Assembly: GCA_964016885.1 (NCBI GenBank)
Contig: OZ024743.1
Coordinates: 44,578,001 to 44,642,000 of the forward strand
Length of the DNA stretch: 64,000 nucleotides
Reading direction: 5' to 3'
From: Eledone cirrhosa
Lineage: Eukaryota
The notes below the pieces were generated by a model. It was not told the origin of the DNA and did not search any database. It saw only the letters and a list, made by a program, of their open reading frames with translations. The first letter of the stretch is position 1. Each line of letters begins with the position of its first letter. Shown here piece after piece: positions 8,886-19,405 of this stretch. The position numbers were made by a program, and so were the translations under genes.

Positions 8886-11800
8886 AGAAGACGCACGAGG
8901 TGGTAGAAGGTCATGAAATCGCTCCCGTCAGTTTTGAATTTTTAACATATTTAAATCATTTGTTAAATAACAACTCTTAGTACAAATGCTACGTAAAGCA
9001 TCCGGCTTGAGCCCCAACCAAATTCGGACCCAAAATATATTGTTATAAGGCTCAAATATTCAAATATTCAACTTTGTATTGTACATTGTATATTCAAAAA
9101 AGAAAATGGCTATAAATGGAAGAAGAACCCGCCTCCCCCTCTGTCTACACTATATAGAACAGCCAAACAACACCAATCTCACCAACACCAGAAACTAGAT
9201 ACACCACCTACCCCATCACCTCTCTGTGTACAAGAAAAACACAACAGCCAGATAACGGCAATTTCACCACCACCACAACCAATCTTAACATAATAAGGAT
9301 AATAATAAATACTATTATTATTGTCCCAAGTCTTAACAAACTGTTTAATCCCAACATTAAGGGAATTTAGGTCAACACACATATACGCGACTAACCCCAT
9401 AGATTCACCGAACGGACATCAGTCCTTCATTGCTACCACCGTTACAACAACACCATCACTGCTGCCATCATTACTACCACTATCCCACCATCACAGCCGC
9501 CACCACTCCTTCATTGCTACCACCGCTACAACACCATCACTACAGTGATACGATCACATCACCACCACCACTGCCTCGGTATCGACATCACCACCACCAC
9601 CACTGTCTCAGTATCGCTACCGCCGCTACTGTCTCCCATTGCTTCTGCTAGTTGCTGCCACCACATTATAGAATTCCTACTAAAAAAGAGGAAGGCATCA
9701 AAATATATAGATAGACTCAAAAGGGAAAAGAAAAAACAAACATCAAAACCAAAACAGCACAGCAACAACAGCAAAAAACGAGAAAAACAAACAGAGAAAA
9801 ACAAAAACAAAAAACAAAAAAAAAACGTAAAGAAAATAAGAATGAAGAGAGAAACAAGCGGACGGACAGAGAAGAGGAGGGAAAAACTAAGTCAGACATT
9901 CGAACACTACATTACAATGAAACTTATGCTTATTCATTTTGGTTTTTTTTTATGCATGTGTGTTTGTTTGTTTATTTGTGTTCGTCTACAGCGTGGTGAT
10001 AATGTCACACAAGTGCCAAATGGAACGGCGCAACCACCGGAAACGGTGAATCCACAGATGGCTATGTAACCATACATTCGCCAATCCTCGATAAGAGTGT
10101 TTAAATATCGAACCTAACCAGTTCGAATAACGGTGAAATGGAGACTAGAACGTCATGTGACAGACTCTCACCCAACAAGTGCTCCCTGGCGCAGCAGCAG
10201 GAACCTGACTGCCAACCAAATACTACTGGTGTTGGAGGAAGAGGAAGAAGGAAAGGGGCCAGAACCAACTGGACGAAAGAATTGAATAGAACTGTTATGC
10301 AATGTTACCTGAAAAGTAACCCCAAGGAGAGGGGCTATAGGAGACGGATGCATAACATCTGGAACGAGATGGGTCTATTTAAATTAGATGAACAAAAATT
10401 GGCCGGGCAGGCTCGGGTAATAAGAACTAATGGATGGATAAGCGAGCTGGAACTGGAGGAACTGAGCAGAGAGAATAGCTTGGAGATGGAGGGTGTAGTA
10501 TGCCAGACAAACGAGCCAGTGGGAAATGAAGGTGAAGAGGTCGAGAGAACGGAGGAACCACCCGAAGCAGACAATGATCTGAATACTGAGATAAATAATA
10601 CCTGGAACAGAGATACAGCCACTGAGGAGATGAATGCTGACGGGCTAGGACAAGATTCGGTTGACATCCTAAATTTAGTGGTAGATGAATTGAACAATGA
10701 TAGTGGGAGACCTATGAACCTAAGATTTGTAGACAGGAAAAAGTTAAAAGAAACAACAGCTAAGGTAAACAAAGTCATCCCATACCTTGGGGCGAGGAGC
10801 CTTCACCAGTGCAACAATATCCTCAAAGCAACAGCAAATACGGTGAGGAAACTACTTGGTATAAAAGCAAGAGGAAACAACAAACAAGAAAGAGCAGAGC
10901 CTTGGTGGAAGAAACGACTGAGTAGTCAAATCAAGGAAATGAGAAATGACATAGGAAAGCTTGAGTCACTACTGAATGGGACACTAAAAAACATAGGCAC
11001 TAAAAATAGACTGGAAATAAAGTACAAAACTAGGAGGAAAAAGCTAAATATTATCATAGAGGAACTGAACCAACGCATTGTAGCAAAGAGTGCAAAAATC
11101 AGGCGATACGAGAACAGAGTCAGTCAGTATAAACAGAACCGCATGTTCGACAACAACCAGAAGATGCTGTTTGGACAGCTTGAGGGGAAAGAAAGAGGCA
11201 ACGACATGTTCCCTGAGGCGGAACAAACTAAAACATTCTGGAGAGGAATATGGGAGCAGGATGTTAGACATAATGACCAGGCAGGGTGGATTGAGACAGT
11301 ACAGAGGGAGATCGGTGAGCAGGCACACCAACAAACTGATTTGAGTATCACAGTTGAAACTCTTAAGGGGCAGGCAAAAAAACTAACCAACTGGAAATCA
11401 CCAGGCCCAGATGGTGTGCAGGGGTATTGGATTAAAAATTTAACATCCCTCCACCCGAAACTGAAGGCCATGTTCAATGACTGCTTGGTGTCGGGTGAGG
11501 TGCCAGAGTGGTTGACAAAAGGTACCACAGTTCTGATAATGAAAGACCGAATCAAGGGTAATTATGTTACCAACTATAGACCTATCACATGTCTGTCCGT
11601 AATGTGGAAACTGTTGACGAGCATTGTGTCTGAGGAAGTCTACCACCACCTCCACACAAACAACTTGTTACCGGACGAACAGAAAGGATGCCGAAAGAAG
11701 TCACGTGGTACAAAGGACCAGTTACTTATTGATAAGATGGTAATGGGGAATTGCAGGAGGAGACACACTGATCTTGCCATGGGATGGATAGACTACAGAA

Positions 11801-13603
11801 AGGCATTTGACATGGTGCCTCACTCTTGGATCACCAAAAGCCTGGAGATCTTCAAGGTGGCAGATAACATCAGACAGTTGCTAGGCAGGAGTATGGGGTC
11901 CTGGGAGACAGAGTTGACATCAACTGGAGAATCCTTGGGAAGGGTGAAGATCAAGAGAGGTATCTTCCAGGGAGATAGCCTGTCCCCTCTCTTGTTTGTC
12001 CTTGCCCTGATGCCCTTGACCATTATGCTGCGAAAAGTGAGAGCAGGATACAAGTTGGGAAAGGGAGAGCTTACCATCAATCACCTCCTCTTCATGGACG
12101 ATCTTAAGCTCTTCGGGAAGAGTGAGAAGGAGTTGGATGTGCTTATTGACACTGTCCGTATTTTCAGCAGTGATATATGTATGCAGTTTGGTATTAGTAA
12201 GTGTGGAGTCATTGTGATGAGGAGGGGTAGGTTGAGCAGAAGTAACGGAATCCAGATACCAACAGGTGAGATGATAAAGGAAATTGACTCTGAGGAAGGA
12301 TACAAGTATTTGGGCGTTCTGGAGGCTGATGGCATAAAGAACAAAAAAATGAAGGAATTGTTAAGAACTGAATACATTCGGAGAGTAAGGAGCGTATTGA
12401 AGTCACATCTGAACAGCAGAAATGCCATAAGCGCAGTAAATTCCCGAGCTGTGTCTATTATTAGGTACAGTGCGGGAATTCTGAGATGGAATGTTGCTGA
12501 ACAAAAAGAAATGGATAGGAAGACTAGGAAGCTATTGACTATCTACAACATGTTCCACAAGAGGAGTGATGTCGATAGACTCTACCTAAGGAGATCTGAG
12601 GGAGGAAGAGGTCTTATCAGCATAGAGGACTGTGTTCAGATGGAGAAAAACAACCTATACAAATACGTGACCTATAGTAAGGAGCCAATGCTCAGAACTG
12701 TACTGAAGGAGGGGACAGTAGGCCAGGGGATGTCCAAGGAGGAAATAACATCAAGAAGAAAGAGCAGCCTTCAGGGAAAATCCCTTCATAGTACCTTCTT
12801 TGAGAAAACTGAATTTAGAGATCCACATGCATGGAACTGGTTGAGGAGAGGAGACCTCAAAAAGGCTACAGAAGGAATGTTAATGGCTGCGCAGGAGCAG
12901 GCCCTCAAAACGAAGTGGTTGAAACACCATATTTACGAGGAGGAGGCTAGCCCACTGTGCAGGATCTGTGGAGAGAGAGAGGAGACTGTGGCTCACATTG
13001 CATCCGAGTGTAAACACCTAGCCCAGACCCACTATAAGGGCTGGAGACATGATGTGATGGGCAGGGTGATCCACTGGCACCTGTGCAAAGTAAACAATTT
13101 ACCACATTCTGAGAAATGGTATGAGCATAAGCCAAAGGCGGTGATGGAGATCGATCAGGTGAAGGTGCTGTGGGATTTTAGGATACAGACGGACAAGAAA
13201 CTGGAACACAATAGACCTGACCTGGTGGTTGTGGACAAAGAAAAAAGATCGTGTCTGATTGTGGATGTGGCCTGCCCATTCGACACGAGAGTGCAAGAGA
13301 AGGAGAGGGAGAAAATTAACCGATACCAGAACTTAAAGTGGGAGGTAAAAAGGATTTGGAACTGCCATGAAGTCAAAGTGATCCCGATTGTCATAGGCGC
13401 ACTGGGGACTATCTCCAAAGGTTTCCGGGAATGGTTAAAGAAAATCGGCCCCTTCACGCTTTTTGGAACGCTTCAAAAGGCATGCTTGCTGGGAACAGCA
13501 AGAACCCTCCGATACGTCCTGAATATCTGAGGCTACAGGTAGTGGCTTGATATTCACTCAAACGGACTTTCCAGTTAACCAACATCAATGACTGAGATTC
13601 AAG

Positions 13604-13604
<1 letters not shown>
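8884..13604 (+). mobile_element. Full-length R4/Dong-clade element family A, copy A1 (intact ORF)
   Basis: ~1.25-kb 5' leader, single ORF, ~75-bp 3'UTR ending GAGATTCAAGG followed by (AAT)n. Confidence 0.95.
10138..13530 (+). CDS. RT / restriction-like endonuclease polyprotein (R4/Dong clade), 1130 aa
   Basis: N-terminal W..ELN..VMQCY domain; KSPGPDG, YRPITCL, IDYRKAFD, GIFQGDSLSP, LFMDD; CRICG..H...C; RHD, RPDLVVVD, IVDVACP, EKINRY. Confidence 0.96.
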   Translation: METRTSCDRLSPNKCSLAQQQEPDCQPNTTGVGGRGRRKGARTNWTKELNRTVMQCYLKSNPKERGYRRRMHNIWNEMGLFKLDEQKLAGQARVIRTNGWISELELEELSRENSLEMEGVVCQTNEPVGNEGEEVERTEEPPEADNDLNTEINNTWNRDTATEEMNADGLGQDSVDILNLVVDELNNDSGRPMNLRFVDRKKLKETTAKVNKVIPYLGARSLHQCNNILKATANTVRKLLGIKARGNNKQERAEPWWKKRLSSQIKEMRNDIGKLESLLNGTLKNIGTKNRLEIKYKTRRKKLNIIIEELNQRIVAKSAKIRRYENRVSQYKQNRMFDNNQKMLFGQLEGKERGNDMFPEAEQTKTFWRGIWEQDVRHNDQAGWIETVQREIGEQAHQQTDLSITVETLKGQAKKLTNWKSPGPDGVQGYWIKNLTSLHPKLKAMFNDCLVSGEVPEWLTKGTTVLIMKDRIKGNYVTNYRPITCLSVMWKLLTSIVSEEVYHHLHTNNLLPDEQKGCRKKSRGTKDQLLIDKMVMGNCRRRHTDLAMGWIDYRKAFDMVPHSWITKSLEIFKVADNIRQLLGRSMGSWETELTSTGESLGRVKIKRGIFQGDSLSPLLFVLALMPLTIMLRKVRAGYKLGKGELTINHLLFMDDLKLFGKSEKELDVLIDTVRIFSSDICMQFGISKCGVIVMRRGRLSRSNGIQIPTGEMIKEIDSEEGYKYLGVLEADGIKNKKMKELLRTEYIRRVRSVLKSHLNSRNAISAVNSRAVSIIRYSAGILRWNVAEQKEMDRKTRKLLTIYNMFHKRSDVDRLYLRRSEGGRGLISIEDCVQMEKNNLYKYVTYSKEPMLRTVLKEGTVGQGMSKEEITSRRKSSLQGKSLHSTFFEKTEFRDPHAWNWLRRGDLKKATEGMLMAAQEQALKTKWLKHHIYEEEASPLCRICGEREETVAHIASECKHLAQTHYKGWRHDVMGRVIHWHLCKVNNLPHSEKWYEHKPKAVMEIDQVKVLWDFRIQTDKKLEHNRPDLVVVDKEKRSCLIVDVACPFDTRVQEKEREKINRYQNLKWEVKRIWNCHEVKVIPIVIGALGTISKGFREWLKKIGPFTLFGTLQKACLLGTARTLRYVLNI

Positions 13605-13659
<55 letters not shown>

Positions 13660-13672
13660 TTAATAATAATAG

Positions 13673-14934
13673 CAAAAAATGAAGGAATTGTTAAGAACTG
13701 AATACATTCGGAGAGTAAGGAGCGTATTGAAGTCACATCTGAACAGCAGAAATGCCATAAGCGCAGTAAATTCCCGAGCTGTGTCTATTATTAGGTACAG
13801 TGCGGGAATTCTGAGATGGAATGTTGCTGAACAAAAAGAAATGGATAGGAAGACTAGGAAGCTATTGACTATCTACAACATGTTCCACAAGAGGAGTGAT
13901 GTCGATAGACTCTACCTAAGGAGATCTGAGGGTGGAAGAGGTCTTATCAGCATAGAGGACTGTGTTCAGATGGAGAAAAACAACCTATACAAATACGTGA
14001 CCTATAGTAAGGAGCCAATGCTCAGAACTGTACTGAAGGAGGGGACAGTAGGCCAGGGGATGTCCAAGGAGGAAATAACATCAAGGAGGAAGAGCAGCCT
14101 TAAGGGAAAATCCCTTCATAGTACCTTCTTTGAGAAAACTGAATTTAGAGATCCACAGACATGGAACTGGTTGAGAAGAGGAGACCTCAAAAAGGCTACA
14201 GAAGGAATGCTAATGGCTGCGCAGGAGCAGGCTCTCAAAACGAAGTGGTTGAAGCACCATATCTACAAGGAGGAGGCTAGCCCACTGTGCAGGATCTGTG
14301 GAGAGAGAGAGGAGACTGTGGCTCACATTGTGTCCGAGTGTAAACACCTAGCCCAGACCCACTATAAGGGCTGGAGACACGATGTGATGGGCAGGGTGAT
14401 CCACTGGCACCTGTGCAAAGTAAACAATTTACCACATTCTGAGAAATGGTATGAGCATAGGCCAGAGGCGGTGATGGAGAACAATCAGGTGAAGGTGCTG
14501 TGGGATTTTAGGATACAGACGGACAAAAAACTGGAACACAATAGACCTGACCTGGTGGTTGTGGACAAAGAAAAAAGATCGTGTCTGATTGTGGATGTGG
14601 CCTGCCCGTTCGACACGAGAGTGCAAGAGAAGGAGAGGGAGAAAATTAACCGATACCAGGACCTAAAGTGGGAGGTGAAAAGGATTTGGAACTGCCATGA
14701 AGTCAAAGTGATCCCGATTGTCATAGGCGCATTGGGGACTATCTCCAAAAGTTTCCAGGGATGGTTAAAGAAAATCGGCCCCTTCACGCTTTTTGGAACG
14801 CTTCAAAAGGCATGCTTGCTGGGAACAGCAAGAACCCTCCGATACGTCCTGAATATCTGAGGCTGCAGGTAGTGGCTTGATATTCATTCCAACAGACTTT
14901 CCAGTTAACCAACATCAATGACTGAGATTCAAGG
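13673..14934 (+). mobile_element. 5'-truncated family A copy (post-RT, CCHC, RLE, 3'UTR)
   Basis: Near-identical to 12343-13604; 393-aa open remnant 13679-14860. Confidence 0.95.
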
Positions 14935-15446
14935 AATAACAACCATAAATAATGGTAATGATAATAAAAGTAATACAAGTTGATATGTTAGTGAAAGATT
15001 ATAAATTCAAATATTAATGATAAAGTCCGATATTCTTTCCTCATATCACTACACAGATTAGCCTATTTCTTCAGCACAAAGTAATACAACTATTAGGAGT
15101 GATCATGTCATATGTCGTCGCTTATCTAACGGCTAAATAGAAACGCAGGTGTTTGAAAAATCATAAGTCCAATACTTTATTCTTCTAGTTGAGTGAGAGG
15201 AAATTTCAACCGTGTCTATTCGATGGACTGAGTGTAGGATTTCGAGTAGTTTTATATGCCAGAGGTGTTATTTCAAATCTAATTATTTTCCTGGAATTCA
15301 ATACATTATTCCGTTCATTCGAAATCTCTTCCATCCGTTATTCCATCCGTTATACAAAAAGTATAACATGTGACATGATCACAGTAGGGAATATAATACC
15401 AGAAGTATTACGAGTATTTTAAGTGTTATCAACAACAACAACAACA

Positions 15447-15501
<55 letters not shown>

Positions 15502-18500
15502 GGGAAGAATAAGGGAAGAAGACGCACGTGGTGGTAGAAGGTCATAAAATCGGTCCCGTAAGTTTTTGATTTTTAACATTTAAATCAATTGTGAAATAAC
15601 AATTATTAGTACAAATGATACATAAAGCACCGAATCAAGTCTCATAAAAATTCGGATCCATAATATATTGTTATATCGCTCAAATATTCAATTTTGTATT
15701 ATACATTTTATATTAAAAAAACAAAATGGTTATAAATGGAAGAAAACCCCCTGTCTACACTATATAGAACAGCCAAATAACAGCAATTTCACCAACACCA
15801 GAAACTAGATACACCACCTACCCCATCACCCCGCTGTGTACACTAAATACAACAGCCAGATAACGGCAATTTCACCACCACCACTACCAATCCCAGCATC
15901 ATAATAATAATTACTATTATTATTGTCTCAAGTTTTAACAACATTTTTAATTCCAATATTAAGAGAAATATGTCAACACATATATTAAACATACACGACA
16001 CAAACGCATAGATACTACAGATCAAACAAAACTACAGTCTATTCAACAAAACTCAGTAACGACAACGCCACCGCCGCCACCACTCCATCATTGCTACCAT
16101 TAGCCCATCACCGCCGCCACCACTCCTTCATTGCTATCACCACTATTCCCCCATTACCTTCTGTTAACTTAAGAAAGGGGAAGGTGGCGGTATCACTAGA
16201 CAAGGGAGAGGCTAGCAAAAGATATAAATAGATTGACTTAGTGACCCGGCCACCGGCCAAACGTCAACAACTATGGCACTGCTGGCTCCCCCCTTCCCCA
16301 CCAACAATATAAAAAGCCCCAGCACCACCACCGACATAGCCAACAACAATAACAGGCAACTTCAGCAAAAAGTATATTATATTATTGTAATGCACTGGGT
16401 GATTGCTGGCCTTGTGCCTGGAGGGGAGACAATTATTAATAATTTCATTCTTAAGCCACGCAATGCTCACATTAACGAACCACTCATGATAATAACAATT
16501 TAAAAAAACAACAAAAAAGAAAACCCCGTCACTAAGAAATATCGGGATGGCGGCCGGCGGGGAATAGCCGTGTCTCTAGGGGAGAACGACCCTTCTAGTC
16601 TTGGTTGACACTCGTTCTAGAAGTGGTAACACGAAATGATTACCCTTTGGCGGATAAGGATAAAACGCGACAAAATAAAGTAAATGTCTAATGATAAAAT
16701 CTCATACCGGATCGGCCGCCACCCGGGTAAAAAAGGGCCGCGTCCCTCAGAGAGGAACCAGACTGGGGTCGAAAAATCAGCTAATGGTTTAAACCCTCCC
16801 ATCACTTTGGAGCTGGAGACCTCCCATAAACGGAATACTCCTACTGTTGGCCCTCCATGCTCACCACCAAGAAATCCAAAGAAAAAGAGAGAAAAATGGT
16901 CAAGGGAAGATAATAAAGAAGTCCTTGAGGCTTTTTACACTGCCATGTACTACCCATCAAATACATCGAATACAGAACAGACATATATCAACTGGAAAAA
17001 GAAACATCCCGAAAACAGAGGCTATATTGACAGTAACAAACTAGCCAATATACGAAAAAATATTGTCAAAAAAAGGTTACTAACTGATATAGAAATTGAT
17101 CAGATCAAGCTATTAGCACAAAGTCAGCGAAGGGAAAATGAAACATGTGTCAGTGAAAACGAGGTAAAGTGTAACACTTTGAATCCCAGGCTTGGGGCGG
17201 AATCACTGACAACAGAACAAATTAAAGAAAGGATCGATAAAGTGGAGGGAGTGCATGCTCAAGATGAAACTTAAAATGAAAACAATGACATCGTAAATGA
17301 TAAAGAAATGAATGAGAATGAACTTGCCAACTTGAAGGATGAAATTATGATCGAATGGATGAAAATGAAAGAATCTGACATGGGGGAACGAGACACCCTC
17401 CCTAAGATCCAGAACTGCAAACAGAACCAAAAGATAATACACAAGACTAACATAATTATCGAAAAATTATCATCACAAACAAACTAAACAATACTGATTT
17501 AAATCATCTCTATTATGCATCGGCTAGAGTCACCACTCACTTATGTGGAGTGAAGATGAAAAAACAAAGGAATTCCCACAAGAAATCTACTTGGCAAGAG
17601 AACATCAATCGCCAAATAAACCTTCTCCGATCTGACATAGAAATTTTAAAAAACTATAAAGAAGGTGAACATGTTAAACAAACTAAACTTAGAAAATTGA
17701 AAAGAACGTACAGTATAAAACCAACAAGTGACATAGGCATGCTGATAGAAATAATCAAGCAAAAAGTGTCGGCCAAAGCTGCTGGTATTAGGCGCTTTGA
17801 AACGATCTAGATTCTATGAGGACAATAATATGTTCAAAACCACCCAAAAAAACTTATACAGGAAAATTCGTAAGTCAACAATAACTGCTAAATCAATACC
17901 ACCCAAGGAGGAAGTGCAAGAATTCTGGGAAATGATCTGGGCCGAAGAAAAAGTTCATAATATACATGCCCCATGGATAGACAGACAAATGAAAGATACA
18001 GCTCACCTTGAGGAACAAATGTGGGAAATATAACAGTTGAACAGTTGCGTTTGGAAAATACCCAGCACGAGCTAACAAACATTAACCCATCAGTGGTTGG
18101 CATCCTCTAGACCGAAATCGGAGACTGAAGGACTGATTATATCAGCACAATGTGAGTGTCTGCCAACAAAACTTTACCAAGCCAACATAATAAAAAAATG
18201 GATGCAGCCCATTATGCCGTGTATGCAAAAAACAACCAGAGACCATTGACCATATAATTTCAATGTGCAGTCCTATAGCTCTAACCGAATACCTAAACAG
18301 GCATGACAGAGCTGCACAATACATACATTGGATAATGTGTAAGCATTTTGACCTGCCCCATCAAAAGAATTAGTGGGAGCCTCAACCACCTCCCATACAT
18401 GAAAAACATCACATCTCAATCTTGTGGAACTTTAACATCCAAACAGACCGAAAAATAGATGCAAATAGACCTGATATAATACTGAAGGCCTTTAAAAAGA

Positions 18501-18926
18501 GGGTATGCCTGCTAATTGATATGTCTGTTCCAATAGACAAGAATGTATCTATAAAAACATTTGAAAAGTTCAGCAAGTATAAGGACCTGGAGATAGAAAT
18601 TGGAAAAATGTGCAAATTGAGAACTAAAACAATACCAGTGGTTGTAGGCGCTCTGGGAATGATACCTAAGGGGTCTAATGATTAATTATCGCAAATCCCA
18701 GGAAACCCGCGTATAGGAGAAATACAAAAGATAGTACTAATAGGAACTGCCCATATACTAAGGAAGATTCCGTCAATATAAGTACATCACAAGTCTAAAC
18801 ACTAAAGATGCATGTGTGAGAATGTATGTTCTTTCTTGAACATGGCGGACCTTGTTGTCTCTTGAGGTCACTGGTTGTGACTTGGTGATAACTCGTATGA
18901 ACATAAAGCAAGATAAATGATCCTGT
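15502..18926 (+). mobile_element. R4/Dong family B copy B1, internally deleted (RT core missing)
   Basis: Shared leader; MSNDKISY start at 16684; junction at ~18054 skips B2 33038-34571; family B 3'UTR then (AAT)n. Confidence 0.92.
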
Positions 18927-18944
18927 AATAATAATAATAATAAT

Positions 18945-19128
18945 TGTTTCTACTTTTGGCACAAGGCCAGCAATTAACCAGTGTATTACTGGTACTTTAT
19001 TTTATCGACCCTGTAAGGATGAAAGGCAAAGTTAACCTCGGTGGGATTTGAACTCAGATCGTAAAGGGACGTAACTACGCTGGAAAGCATGTCTGACCCT
19101 CTACCAATACTGCCAATTGACCACCCTT
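18945..19128 (-). mobile_element. tRNA-derived SINE within (AAT)n
   Basis: Minus strand TGGCAGTATTGG A-box and GAGTTCAAATCC B-box; tail GGCCTTGTGCCAAAAGTAGAAAC; AAT on both sides. Confidence 0.88.
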
Positions 19129-19405
19129 AATAATAATAATAATAATAATAATAATGCTTTCTTTATTAACCACAAGGGTCTACATAAAGTAGACATTAAA
19201 GACAGTACAAGACAATACAGGACGGTACAAATGGGCATTTCTGCGTGTAAAAAAAAATAAACAGAGGATGTAATAATAGAACAATGAAAAAATTCCCCAA
19301 TAGGGGGGAGACTTCCGAGGGACATTTGTGGAGAAACCCCATTAAAAAGCCACAGTGACCCTGACCACCAGGGCAAGTGCCCTCTCCCAGTTTTCCACCT
19401 TTAAT

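Noticed and set aside
9545-10069. 174-aa upstream ORF in the A leader
   Set aside because: Low-complexity translation, not preserved in A2.
16545-16680. HDV-like ribozyme (GGCCGGC start; also TCCTCG at 10085)
   Set aside because: Could not build the P1/P3/P1.1/J4-2 nested pseudoknot by hand.
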